From an uncultured Acidobacteriota bacterium (lineage in GTDB: Bacteria > Acidobacteriota > UBA6911), in NCBI GenBank assembly GCA_963827655.1, contig CAWHCF010000008.1:1-64000 (forward strand): DNA of 64,000 bases, written 5' to 3'. The first letter of the stretch is position 1. Every line of letters starts with the position of its first letter. Shown one piece after another: positions 11,017 through 21,956 of the stretch. A program made the translations under genes and the position numbers. The notes under the pieces were generated by a model. The model saw only the letters and a program-made list of their open reading frames with translations. It ran no database searches and had not been told where the DNA came from.

Positions 11017-11311
11017 TCAGGCGTTAACATGTTCGGGCTGGTAAGGGCGAACCTTGATGGCATTCGCACCCCGCCGTGTGCGCGCGATGTCATAGGATGA
11101 CTGCATGCGCATGAGCGTATCCATCCTTACGCCAAAAGCCTTCTCTATCCGTAGCGCCATTTCACCGGACAGATTGGCTCTGGCATTGAGCAGGGTTGAT
11201 AGCGCAGGGCGCGAAACCCCGAAGGATCCTGGCCGCGGCCGTCACCGACAGCTCGAGCGCTTCGATGATCTCTGTTCGGATGAACTCGCCGGGGTGGGGC
11301 GGGTTTGCCAT
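11017..11311 (-). pseudogene. higA: HigA-family antitoxin, frameshifted
   Basis: MANPPHPGEFIRTEIIEALELSVTAAA, then after a frameshift near 11220 LSGEMALRIEKAFGVRMDTLMRMQSSYD. Confidence 0.8.
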
Positions 11312-11330
11312 ACGGGGATTGGTTTTCTCG

Positions 11331-11624
11331 TCAATGATAGTCTTCATAATCCACATCCGTGATTTCGTTCTCTGTGGCGTCGATCCGGAAGGTCAAACGC
11401 CAGTTCCGCGTGACCGAAAGACTCCAGGTGCCTTTTCGATCGCCGCTCATCTGATGCGCCTTCCAGGTTGGGAGCGATCGCAACTTCGCTCGGGTCTTCC
11501 ATGTCCTGGAGATAACCCAAGGATCTTTCGCAATTTATCCACAGCCTCGGCCGGCAAGCCCTTGGAGTTGTCCTCGAAATAAAGGTCGCCTGAGCGCCTT
11601 GTGAACAAAATTGCGTATCCTCAC
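11331..11624 (-). pseudogene. higB: HigB-family toxin, frameshifted
   Basis: MRIRNFVHKALRR.. and WKAHQMSGDRKGTWSLSVTRNWRLTFRID..DYEDYH, located upstream of higA. Confidence 0.75.
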
Positions 11625-11707
11625 TTTATAAACTGTAGCTTAACGCATTACGGTTGTCAGGTTTTCATTTATCGCATTTCGAGGAAGGCGGGTCGTTCCA
11701 CCCCTGC

Positions 11708-12674
11708 TCATTTCCGCAGCCACGCGCCAGCATCAGGTTGGCGGCTCGCAACCGTCACCAGATACGGGTTCAAGAATCCTCGGGCCAGAAATGACAGGGC
11801 TCGGATCTCAATCATCCGGAACCAGATCTTCATCAGGGGAGCGAACGCGCTTCCGTACCAGTGGTTTCGCACCTTGTTGAATTGCAGCCGGTGCCTGGGC
11901 GACAGCGAGTAAAGACGCAAGGATCGATCGGCGGCACGGAAATACCCGGAGATTTCTGCGAAGCGAGGGAGCATGTCGCCCCGTAAGGCGTGCCATCGAA
12001 TGCTGCCCGGCGCTCCCCCATGCCAGAAGTCCGCCGGCGATCCGCCATTGGGGTGGTCTAACAGAATGAAACCGTCGGGCTTCAGTACCCGCACCAGTTC
12101 GCGGACGAATTGCTGGCGCTGAGCATGACAATCGGGCAGGCGCCGAGCGCTGGTAGGTGCCCGCCTCCTGTTCGTGAATTCCGATGTGCTCGATCAGGCC
12201 CGATGAGAAGACTACATCGAAACTCCCTGTACCAAAGGGGAGGTGCAGGGCGTTGGCCGAGTGGAGGCGATTGCTGAAGGACCGAACATCCCACTGACGA
12301 TGTCGAGCCTCTCCGGCGTCGATTCCGAACGCCGGGATCCCGTGGGCGTTAAGAATGTCTACCGAGAGCCCACTGCCGCAGCCACAATCGAGAACCGCCA
12401 GCTTCCGTGGGTCTCTTTTGGTCGCGCGGCTGAATCGCCCGAACAACGGAATGATGAAGCTTTCGATGCGCCAGGCAATTCCCACCGCTTCCTGTTCCAG
12501 CATTTCCTGTTGGGCGGTGTCGACGGGGTTCCAATCGAAGTCCTTGAATTCCTCGCCCCGCAAGAAATCGATGCCTCCCGAAGTCAGACGTGGATAAACC
12601 AGTCCGCAGGGACAGGTTATTGCGATGTCCGCACCTTCTGTTAATCCCTGTTGGCAGACAGGACAAGTCAACAT
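11708..12674 (-). CDS. Class I SAM-dependent methyltransferase with N-terminal Zn-ribbon-like motif (frameshift near 12130)
   Basis: CPVC..CPC, VLDCGCGSG and LPF..GSFDVV; the sequence continues in another frame as RVLKPDG. Confidence 0.8.
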
Positions 12675-12851
12675 AGCGAGTGAAAGGCAACATTATTATT
12701 TGCCTGTCGAGCCTGTCAAAGAGAGTGTTAGCGGCGACTTGCCCGACCCGCGCAACCTTTTTCTTTTTGCCTCCCTCAGAACCATCCATTAGAATAACCC
12801 GCTTCTCGATCGGCCGTGAGAATTACGCCATCGGCGAACAAGGGAGTCACT

Positions 12852-14019
<1,168 letters not shown>

Positions 14020-14036
<17 letters not shown>

Positions 14037-14886
14037 CAAGAATACCCGGCTTGCGGTTCAGGGAATTACCGGCCGGGAGGGGTCGTTTCACACTCAGCAG
14101 TGCATCGCGTACGGGACCAAGGTCGTGGCCGGAGTCACACCCGGAAAAGGGGGCACCGCGCACGAAGGGATTCCGGTCTTCAACACAGTCGTCGAGGCCA
14201 TTGAGAAAGAGGGAGCCAATGCGACGATTGTTTTTGTTCCTCCCGCATTCGCCGCCGATGCCATTATGGAAGCGGCCGCGGCGAACATCCCATTGATCGT
14301 CAGTATTACGGAAGGAGTTCCAACACTCGATATGGTACGGGTCGCGACTGCGCTTGCGCGCTCCCAAAGCCGTCTGATCGGTCCCAACTGCCCTGGCATC
14401 ATTTCCCCCGGGCAGTGCAAGATAGGAATTATGCCCGGCCGGATCTTCGCCGAAGGGAATGTCGGAGTCGTGTCCCGAAGCGGCACACTCACTTATGAAG
14501 CAGTCGGGCAACTCACAGGATTGGGAATCGGGCAATCGACCTGTGTTGGAATTGGCGGCGATCCGATCATCGGCACCAACTTCATCGATGTGCTCAGTCT
14601 CTTCAATCACGACCCCCAGACCCAGGCAGTCGTGATGATGGGAGAGATCGGCGGAACAGCCGAAGAAGAGGCAGCCAGGTTCATCCAGGACAATATGAAG
14701 AAACCGGTCATCGGTTTCATCGCCGGCCAGACCGCGCCTCCCGGCAGACGCATGGGACACGCCGGCGCTATTATCGCGGGAGGCAAGGGAACTGCTGCCG
14801 AAAAGATGGAAGTAATGCGGCAATGCGGGTTGCACGTCGTGGCCAGTCCGGCGGAAATCGGCCACAGTGTCGCCCAGGCTCTTTAG
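14020..14886 (+). CDS. sucD: Succinyl-CoA synthetase alpha subunit
   Basis: [30 protein letters not shown]; TTG start after GAGGAG. Confidence 0.98.
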
Positions 14887-14897
14887 GAGCGCTCTAG

Positions 14898-15317
14898 ATG
14901 ACGGAACAAACCCTGGCAATTATCAAGCCGGATGGTGTGGCGCGTAACCTGATCGGAGAGATCCTTCGCCGCATCGAAGCGACGGGTCTTAGAGTGAAAG
15001 CGCTGAAAATGGCCCATCTCTCGAAGAGTCAGGCCGAAGGCTTTTATGCAGTTCACCGTGATCGTCCCTTTTTTGACAGTCTGACCCGATTCATGTCGGA
15101 AGGGGCGGTGGTGCTCATGATCCTTTCCGGTGAAAATGCCATCCAGGTCTGGCGCGACTTGATGGGTGCCACGGACCCCGCCAAGGCTGCGCCCGGAACG
15201 ATTCGCAAGGATTTTGGTCTTTCGATTGAACGGAACACGACCCACGGGTCGGATGCTCCGGAAACGGCTGCATTTGAAACCTCCTACTTCTTCAGCCGGG
15301 TAGAAGCCTGCAACTGA
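14898..15317 (+). CDS. ndk: Nucleoside-diphosphate kinase
   Basis: [26 protein letters not shown]. Confidence 0.98.
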   Translation: MTEQTLAIIKPDGVARNLIGEILRRIEATGLRVKALKMAHLSKSQAEGFYAVHRDRPFFDSLTRFMSEGAVVLMILSGENAIQVWRDLMGATDPAKAAPGTIRKDFGLSIERNTTHGSDAPETAAFETSYFFSRVEACN

Positions 15318-15369
15318 TGGGCGTGCGACGGGGGTGAATCCGTCATGAAGACGTCAGGATGGCAGGGCA

Positions 15370-15588
15370 ATGCCACCGCTCGGACGCTTTCTTATCATTC
15401 TCGGTTTGCTGCTGGTTTTTCTGGGCCTGGTTGTGATCTACTCGGATCTGTTCTCGTTCCTCAGGCTGGGCCGGCTTCCGGGCGACATCCACATCAAGCG
15501 TGGGAACTTCAATTTCTACTTTCCCATCACTACCTGTATTCTCCTCAGTATTATTCTGACCCTGGTGCTCTATCTTTTCCGGAGATAG
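15370..15588 (+). CDS. DUF2905-family small membrane protein
   Basis: LGRLPGDI..NFNFYFPITTCILLSIILT. Confidence 0.85.
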   Translation: MPPLGRFLIILGLLLVFLGLVVIYSDLFSFLRLGRLPGDIHIKRGNFNFYFPITTCILLSIILTLVLYLFRR

Positions 15589-15901
15589 CGAGTGCGGTAG
15601 CGATCTGGGGCGCTTGACCATTTCGGAAACCGTCCTCGTTCCCGTTGCCGTCCATGTTCCCCAGGTGAATCAGGATGGACAGGATGCGTTCGAACAGCGC
15701 GGCCGTCTCCTGGTGGCACGCGCCGATCGGCTTGAGGCGCAAAGCCTCAAGTATGACTGCAACTCGGTCGCTGGCTACCGGGATGAGAGCTTGTTGATCA
15801 AACGACACTGTAAGGATACCGCTGGAAAAACGGGAACGGAAACGGGAACGCGTACGAGGAGGGAATCCGCGGTTTGGTTACGCACCCACAATGGCGCTTG
15901 A

Positions 15902-15930
15902 TTGACAGGCAAATACGGGCGGGATATATT
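15902..15930 (+). promoter_or_regulatory. sigma70 promoter of apbC (probably leaderless)
   Basis: TTGACA-N17-TATATT, followed 6 nt later by ATG 15937 with no SD sequence. Confidence 0.7.
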
Positions 15931-15936
15931 GCCTGC

Positions 15937-17016
15937 ATGAGTGAACCATCCGCCCTAAAAGAGGCCGTGATTCAGGCTCTTCAACGAGTCAAAGATCCCG
16001 ATTTGCACCGGGACGTCGTGACCCTCAATTTCGTCAAGAATCTGAAGGTCGAGGGAAACAAAGCCAGCTTTACCCTGGAACTGACGACGCCAGCCTGTCC
16101 GGCCAAAGAGAAACTGGAGCAGGAGGCGCGCGAGGCGGTGCTGAGCGTGCGCGGCATTCAATCCGTCGATATCAAGATGACCTCCGCCGTTACCTCGGGA
16201 GGGCAAGGTTCGGGCAAGCAGGCTATTGCGGGGGTCAAGAATATTATCGCGGTGGGGAGCGGCAAAGGAGGGGTCGGGAAGAGCACGGTAACCGTGAATC
16301 TGGCCGTCGCGCTGGCGCGCAGCGGCGCGAAAGTCGGATTGATGGACGCGGATGTGTACGGGCCCAACGTCCCTACCATGATGGGCGTGACCGGCCGTCC
16401 CCAGGCCATGAACAATCGCATCCAGCCGCTGTCAAACTACGGCGTCCAGATCATGTCGATGGGTTTTCTCACCACCGACGACACGCCGCTCATCTGGCGC
16501 GGGCCTATGCTTCACAGTGTCATCCAGCAGTTTGTGCGTCAGGTCGATTGGGGTGAGCTCGATTACCTGCTGGTCGATCTCCCGCCGGGAACCGGCGATG
16601 TCCAGCTCACCCTCACTCAGACGGTTCCCTTGATGGGCGCGGTTGTGGTCAGCACGCCCCAGGATGTGGCCCTCCAGGATGCCCGCAAAGCAATCCGAAT
16701 GTTCAAACAGGTGCGGGTCGATATCCTGGGAATCGTGGAAAACATGTCCTACTTTCAATGCCCGAAATGCAATGAGAGGACCGAGATTTTCAGCCACGGA
16801 GGGGGGGAAGAAACCGCCCGGAAGTATGAAGTCCCCTTCCTGGGCGAGGTTCCACTGGATATTTCAATCCGTCTGGGAGGGGACAGCGGCAAACCGGTCG
16901 CGGTAGCCAGCCCGGATTCGCTTCCAGGCAGGGCTTTTGAGCAGATCGCAAAGAACACGGCCGCCCGGATCAGCATCGCCAATCTCAGTAACACCGCAGA
17001 GATGATCATTCAGTAG
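15937..17016 (+). CDS. apbC: Mrp/ApbC iron-sulfur cluster carrier ATPase
   Basis: N-terminal DUF59 (TTPACP), SGKGGVGKST, DADVYGP, WRGPM, DLPPGTGD, ENMSYFQCPKC. Confidence 0.95.
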   Translation: MSEPSALKEAVIQALQRVKDPDLHRDVVTLNFVKNLKVEGNKASFTLELTTPACPAKEKLEQEAREAVLSVRGIQSVDIKMTSAVTSGGQGSGKQAIAGVKNIIAVGSGKGGVGKSTVTVNLAVALARSGAKVGLMDADVYGPNVPTMMGVTGRPQAMNNRIQPLSNYGVQIMSMGFLTTDDTPLIWRGPMLHSVIQQFVRQVDWGELDYLLVDLPPGTGDVQLTLTQTVPLMGAVVVSTPQDVALQDARKAIRMFKQVRVDILGIVENMSYFQCPKCNERTEIFSHGGGEETARKYEVPFLGEVPLDISIRLGGDSGKPVAVASPDSLPGRAFEQIAKNTAARISIANLSNTAEMIIQ

Positions 17017-17990
17017 TGAAAATCCTGGTCCTGCACCCCGGAGCGCTGGGAGACCTCATTCTCTCTCTCCCGGCGCTGGGGGCGCTGCGACGTCGCTTTC
17101 CACACGCGGAAATCACTCTCGCCGGGAATCTTGATTACCTGAGAGTCGTTTCTCATGGTCATGCCGATTTTCTAGCCTCTCTCTCGACCCTCCCCTTACA
17201 CCGTCTTTTTGCGCCAGGGATGCTGACGGCCGACGATCGCTTATTCTGGCAATCCTACGAGCGCATTGCGTGCTGGATGGGTGCCGGCGACCGGGAGTTC
17301 ACTCGGAATCTCACCGGCGCTAATCCGAAGACCTTGATTTCCTGCTGGAAGCCTGTGCCCGGTGAAAGCCGCCACGTGTCGCAAATTTTCATCGACTCGC
17401 TTGGAACCTGGATCGGCGATCCAAACGTCCCGTCTCCCGCCGAAATTCGCCTGCGCCCGGAAGACCGCCTCAGCGCCGAGGCCTGGCTGCGCCAGCAAGG
17501 GTGGACGCCGGACCGGGCCGTTATCGCGATTCATCCCGGAGCCGGGAGCGCCACAAAACGCTGGCCACTCGCTCGATTCCAGGCACTTGCCTGCGAAATC
17601 GTCCGGGGTTTGGGAGCCGATATCCTGCTGATTGAAGGTCCTGCGGAACCGGGACTCGCCCGGAAAGTTGCTGAAGACTTGCCTGCCGCCTACGTCGCCG
17701 AATCGCTCCCGCTCGGCGTGGTGTCGGGGGCGCTCTCGCTCTGTCGGGGTTTCATCGGAAACGATTCCGGCATGGCGCATCTGGCAGCCGGCCTCGGCCT
17801 GCCGTCCGTGACTCTGTTTGGCTCGACTTCGCCGGAGCAATGGGCTCCCCGGGGAAACCGGGTAATGGTTTTACGCGATATCCGGGACTGCACGCCGTGT
17901 AAGACCGGCTCGCAGGGAGAGCACGTCTGCCTCGGCAACATAACGGTCGAACGGGTATGGGCGGCCTTGAAATTGACAATGGACAGGTAG
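17016..17990 (+). CDS. Glycosyltransferase family 9 (heptosyltransferase-like)
   Basis: GALGDLIL, IHPGAGS..KRWP, FIGNDSGMAHLAA..LFG. Confidence 0.9.
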   Translation: MKILVLHPGALGDLILSLPALGALRRRFPHAEITLAGNLDYLRVVSHGHADFLASLSTLPLHRLFAPGMLTADDRLFWQSYERIACWMGAGDREFTRNLTGANPKTLISCWKPVPGESRHVSQIFIDSLGTWIGDPNVPSPAEIRLRPEDRLSAEAWLRQQGWTPDRAVIAIHPGAGSATKRWPLARFQALACEIVRGLGADILLIEGPAEPGLARKVAEDLPAAYVAESLPLGVVSGALSLCRGFIGNDSGMAHLAAGLGLPSVTLFGSTSPEQWAPRGNRVMVLRDIRDCTPCKTGSQGEHVCLGNITVERVWAALKLTMDR

Positions 17991-18051
17991 TGACAATCGA
18001 AGCTACTGGCGAACCAAGCTTCGCCAGGCAAGCTACCGCATTCCAGGGGCC

Positions 18052-18936
18052 TCAGTCGTTGAGGACCGCCAGGGCGAGCTGGCTGAGGCGCGCCGGGTCG
18101 GCGACCACGTCGATCCGGCTGATCTTCCCGCGCGTGAACGTGAAGCTTAACACCCGGAACAGCCGTCCACGCGGAGCCACAATGACGCCCACCGCTCCGT
18201 TGACGAGCGCCGGTCTTGCGAACCGCGCACCGCGCGAGAAGGCGAGCGCTCCCTTGGCCCAGGCCTGCGCACCGTGCACCTCACTGGATGCGCCCGGAGC
18301 CACGGCAGCGGGGTCGGCTCGGACCACGAGGTCCGGGTCGAGCACCGCTAGAAGTCCGTCGAAGTCACCGCCGCGCAAGGCGGCGAGGAAGGCGTCGACA
18401 ACTTCTCGCTGGCGGCTGAGATCCGCCTCGGGAACCGCGGCCGCTCCCTGCACGCGGCGGCGGGCGCGGCTCGCGAGTTGCCTTGCCGCGGCCGGGGAGC
18501 GCCCCACGATGGAAGCGATCTCGTCGAAGGACACGTCGAACATGTCGTGCAGCACGAACGCGAGCCGCTCGGCGGGGACCAGCGTTTCGAGTACCACGAG
18601 CAGCGCGAGACCGACCGAGTCGGCCAGTAGCGCTTCCTGCTCAGGGTCGATCCCGCCCTCGCGGCTCACGGTCGGGTCGGGCACGCGCGCGTCCAGCGGC
18701 TCCTCGCGCCGCGTCTTGCGCGAGCGCAGCATGTCCAGGCACACGCGCGCGACGACCGTCGTCAGCCATCCACCCAGGTTCACGACTGCGCTCGTATCAG
18801 AGCGGCTGAGCCGTAGCCAGGCTTCCTGGACGGCGTCGTCTGCTTCGCTCAGCGAGCCGAGCATTCGGTAGGCCACCGACCGCAGGTGAATCCGGTTGGC
18901 CTCGAATTGCTCGGCCAGCAATTCGTGTTCGTCCAT
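18052..18936 (-). CDS. ECF41/SigJ-family sigma factor with SnoaL-like C-terminal extension
   Basis: AYRMLGSLSEADDAVQEAWLR, PAERLAFVLHDMF, RQLASRARRRV, and C-terminal GDFDGLLAVLDPD. Confidence 0.92.
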   Translation of the reverse strand: MDEHELLAEQFEANRIHLRSVAYRMLGSLSEADDAVQEAWLRLSRSDTSAVVNLGGWLTTVVARVCLDMLRSRKTRREEPLDARVPDPTVSREGGIDPEQEALLADSVGLALLVVLETLVPAERLAFVLHDMFDVSFDEIASIVGRSPAAARQLASRARRRVQGAAAVPEADLSRQREVVDAFLAALRGGDFDGLLAVLDPDLVVRADPAAVAPGASSEVHGAQAWAKGALAFSRGARFARPALVNGAVGVIVAPRGRLFRVLSFTFTRGKISRIDVVADPARLSQLALAVLND

Positions 18937-18937
18937 C

Positions 18938-18999
18938 GGTCACATTCCCTCGTTGCGTTTCGTCATAGCAGTGACGAAAGAAACCCGGCAGATGTGACA
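18938..18999. promoter_or_regulatory. Two opposed ECF41-type promoters
   Basis: Minus strand TGTCACA-N16-CGTC (18999..18973) and plus strand GGTCACA-N16-CGTC (18938..18964), matching the published ECF41 consensus TGTCACA-n16-CGTC. Confidence 0.8.
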
Positions 19000-19274
19000 A
19001 GGATATCAAGGATATCGATATTCGCATCCGGGTTCAGCGGAGACACCTGAAGAATGCGCGGCGGACACTGGGTCGTCCCTTGACCGACATGACGGTATCC
19101 TCGCTGCACTCCGGGTGTTCGCCTGCGTCAACCGTCATCAACCTGAGGGCCGGTACATGTCTATTGCGGGGATTGGGAGGCCCGAGCGCAAAGATTAGGA
19201 GATACTGACGAGTACGCTGTCGGCGCTTCCCGTTGATGGTTTTAACCGCTGGCGTGGCTGATCGGGCGAGCCAG

Positions 19275-19727
19275 TCAGGCGAGGAAATGACGCGGATCAA
19301 TTCGCCGGATTTCGCTCACCCCATCAAAATCCCTGTCTGTTGAGACAAGACGACGAAGACCCTTTGCCTCCATGGTCGCAATGTGAATAGCATCCCTCAC
19401 CGATAAGCGGCGGTATTTTAGAAGGAGTTCCAGGGCTCGAGCAGTATGTCGTTCTGAGACCGGAAGCACCTCGTCACAAAGACGAACGGCGGAGCGGTAG
19501 ACGGATTCGGCCACTTCCGGCCTGTTTATGGCGAAGTAACGATAGAGAAGCTCCTGTAAAACCTCGGAATCGGTCACCAGGTTGGCTTTCAGTCTTACGG
19601 CTTTCTCCAGAGCATCACGGCAGGGCTCTCGAAGAGGATGCGGTGCGCCGGCCGCATACATGAAAATGTTGGCGTCCAGAAAATATGCGTCAGCGCTTGT
19701 TTGATTTAGTCCTGATCTTGAGCTCAC
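19275..19727 (-). CDS. vapC: VapC-like PIN-domain toxin
   Basis: YFLDANIFMY..EVLQE..RDAIHIATM..STDRDFD. Confidence 0.88.
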   Translation of the reverse strand: MSSRSGLNQTSADAYFLDANIFMYAAGAPHPLREPCRDALEKAVRLKANLVTDSEVLQELLYRYFAINRPEVAESVYRSAVRLCDEVLPVSERHTARALELLLKYRRLSVRDAIHIATMEAKGLRRLVSTDRDFDGVSEIRRIDPRHFLA

Positions 19728-19959
19728 CGTACTGGTGCTTCCACTTCTGATAGCTTCCGGGAACCGGCGTGGGAGGGAGGGAAAACAAATCTTGAAGCGC
19801 CTTACGTTTGACGCGGCGGGCGTCGGGTGAGAGAGAATACTTGCGGATCGATTCCCGCACGACCGCAGCGACTTTCTTGCCCTCCATCCGCGCGAGGCTT
19901 ACCAGCGTAGTGTATTCGGTTTCTTCGAGGGTAATTTGAACTTTGCGCGTCTTAGCCAT
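19690..19959 (-). CDS. Ribbon-helix-helix (CopG-like) antitoxin
   Basis: RKVQITLEE..L..LAR..VAAVVRESI, located upstream of and overlapping vapC. Confidence 0.75.
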   Translation of the reverse strand: MAKTRKVQITLEETEYTTLVSLARMEGKKVAAVVRESIRKYSLSPDARRVKRKALQDLFSLPPTPVPGSYQKWKHQYGELKIRTKSNKR

Positions 19960-20086
19960 GCTTAGGAAGGGTATCGCGGCCACGAACATGTGTCAAACAC
20001 TATGTGTCAACACAACTGATCCGTCCGGGCATCGATCGACGATGATTGGTCCAGAGCCTCAATCGTCAATCGTCAATCGTAAATCG

Positions 20087-20848
20087 TCAATCCATCAACA
20101 TTCCGCCGTTCACCTCGAGGCACTCGCCCACCATGTGACTCGATTCGTCCGAGATCAGGAATGCGATGACTTTCGCCACTTCGTCACTGGTGCCGGCCCG
20201 CTGTTGAGGAATGGTCGAAACGAACTTCGCAAACAGCTCCTTGCTGCTGAATCGCTCGTGAAATGGAGTGGTGATGACTCCGGGATTGACGCAATTGACG
20301 CGGATTCCGGAAGTGATCAGCTCTTTGGCCATCCCTTTGGTAAGAGTAATCAGAGCGCCCTTTGCGGCCGCGTACGCGGCGGCGCCGGGACCCCCTCCGT
20401 TGCGGCCCGCGACGGAGGCCACATTCACAATGGAGCCCCCGCGTTGCTGAATCATCCGGGGAAGGACGGCGCGTGTAATCAGAAAAACGCTGTCGAGGTT
20501 CAGGGCCATTACGCGCCGCCACAGCTCGTAGTCCATCTCGGCCAGCAGTCTTCGCTCCACCAGGGACCCCGCGTTGTTGACCAGCGCGTCGATGCGCCCA
20601 AAATCAGCGAGAACATCTCCCACCAGCTGACTCGTCTGAGCCGGCTCGGAGACATCGGCGGGGTAGACCCGGGCTCTTCCATTGCCGGCGGAACGGATCT
20701 GTTCGAAAGTTTCGCGAGCCCCGGTCTCGTTTTTGAAATAGTGAATCGCCACCTGATAGCCGCGACGGGCAAGTTCCAGCGCGGAAGCCTGACCTATTCC
20801 GGAACTGGCGCCGGTCACCAGCGCCACTTTCTGTGCTTCAGTCATCAT
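20087..20848 (-). CDS. SDR-family oxidoreductase (FabG-like)
   Basis: TGASSGIG, NNAG, YAAAK, NCVNPG. Confidence 0.92.
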   Translation of the reverse strand: MMTEAQKVALVTGASSGIGQASALELARRGYQVAIHYFKNETGARETFEQIRSAGNGRARVYPADVSEPAQTSQLVGDVLADFGRIDALVNNAGSLVERRLLAEMDYELWRRVMALNLDSVFLITRAVLPRMIQQRGGSIVNVASVAGRNGGGPGAAAYAAAKGALITLTKGMAKELITSGIRVNCVNPGVITTPFHERFSSKELFAKFVSTIPQQRAGTSDEVAKVIAFLISDESSHMVGECLEVNGGMLMD

Positions 20849-20987
20849 CTCTCCTTGGGGGCTCTGTATTACCAGGTCATAATTTCTTGCTTTTTTGGCA
20901 AGACTCTATATTCTAAGTAACTTCGAGTCTTAGTGGTTACGTCAAAGAGCACTGACAGAAACACCAAGACTCTTGGCAACGATGGAA

Positions 20988-21953
20988 TCATGAATCAAAC
21001 CGAAAGTCCGGCAGCGAAGCCCAGGCGTCGGATTTTTCAGTAATTCCGAGAATGCGCAAGGGATTCTCCAATCCGACCTGCCACAGTTCATCTTCAGTAA
21101 GCAACCTCAGCGAGCGCAAGAACCGCATGCACTGCGCCATGTTGCATCCGGACCCGACCAAGTATGGCGCGTACAGATTCTCTACTCGACCGCTGGATGT
21201 GAGCCGGACCTGGTTTCCCATGGTTTCATAGATGCCGGGCGGGAACCCGGCAATCGGAACCGAGTCGGAGACGATAAAGATTTTTTCGGCTCCCTTGCAG
21301 CGCAGGGCGACGCGGATAAAGTCTTCAGGAATATGATTGCCATCGGTGATTAATCCTGCTGTCAGCGCGTCGTTTGCCAGTTGATGAATGAGAACATTTT
21401 CGTGGCGGGACAGGAGGTTGGGGCAGCCGTTCCCCAGATGCGTGATCAGGGTCGCGCCCGCGATCGCGGCCTGATGAAGAATCTCTCGAGACGCGAGATG
21501 ATGCCCGACCGCGATACGGACCGGACCGTTCCGGCGAACGAAAGAAATGAGATCGAGCGACCCTTCGAGCTCGGGGGCGATCGTCAGAATGGCGATCTTA
21601 CCGTCAGCCCATTCCTGCAATCGCTGGAATTCCTCGGCATCGGGGCGCCGCATCTTTTCGGGCGCGTGTGCTCCACGGGCGCCGTCAGCCGCAGAGAGAT
21701 AAGGTCCTTCCAGATGAATCCCGAGCAGGTGGTGCTTGAGCGCCGGCTGCTCCATGGCTCGCGCCAGCACGGGAAGATTTCGGCGGTAGATCTCCAGTTC
21801 CGAAGTAATGATGGTAGGGCAGAAGGCGACCGTGCCCGCCTTTACCAGGGCTTCCGTGACGCGGTGAACGTCATCCGCGGTCAGAGAAGGGGACGAGAAA
21901 TCCACTCCCAGGAACCCATTGACCTGAAGGTCGGCGAATCCTTTGCGAAGCAT
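20988..21953 (-). CDS. nagA: N-acetylglucosamine-6-phosphate deacetylase-like amidohydrolase
   Basis: DLQVNGF, PTIIT, GIHLEGPYL..GAH, TIAPE, THLGN, DGNH. Confidence 0.8.
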   Translation of the reverse strand: MLRKGFADLQVNGFLGVDFSSPSLTADDVHRVTEALVKAGTVAFCPTIITSELEIYRRNLPVLARAMEQPALKHHLLGIHLEGPYLSAADGARGAHAPEKMRRPDAEEFQRLQEWADGKIAILTIAPELEGSLDLISFVRRNGPVRIAVGHHLASREILHQAAIAGATLITHLGNGCPNLLSRHENVLIHQLANDALTAGLITDGNHIPEDFIRVALRCKGAEKIFIVSDSVPIAGFPPGIYETMGNQVRLTSSGRVENLYAPYLVGSGCNMAQCMRFLRSLRLLTEDELWQVGLENPLRILGITEKSDAWASLPDFRFDS

Positions 21954-21956
21954 TTT

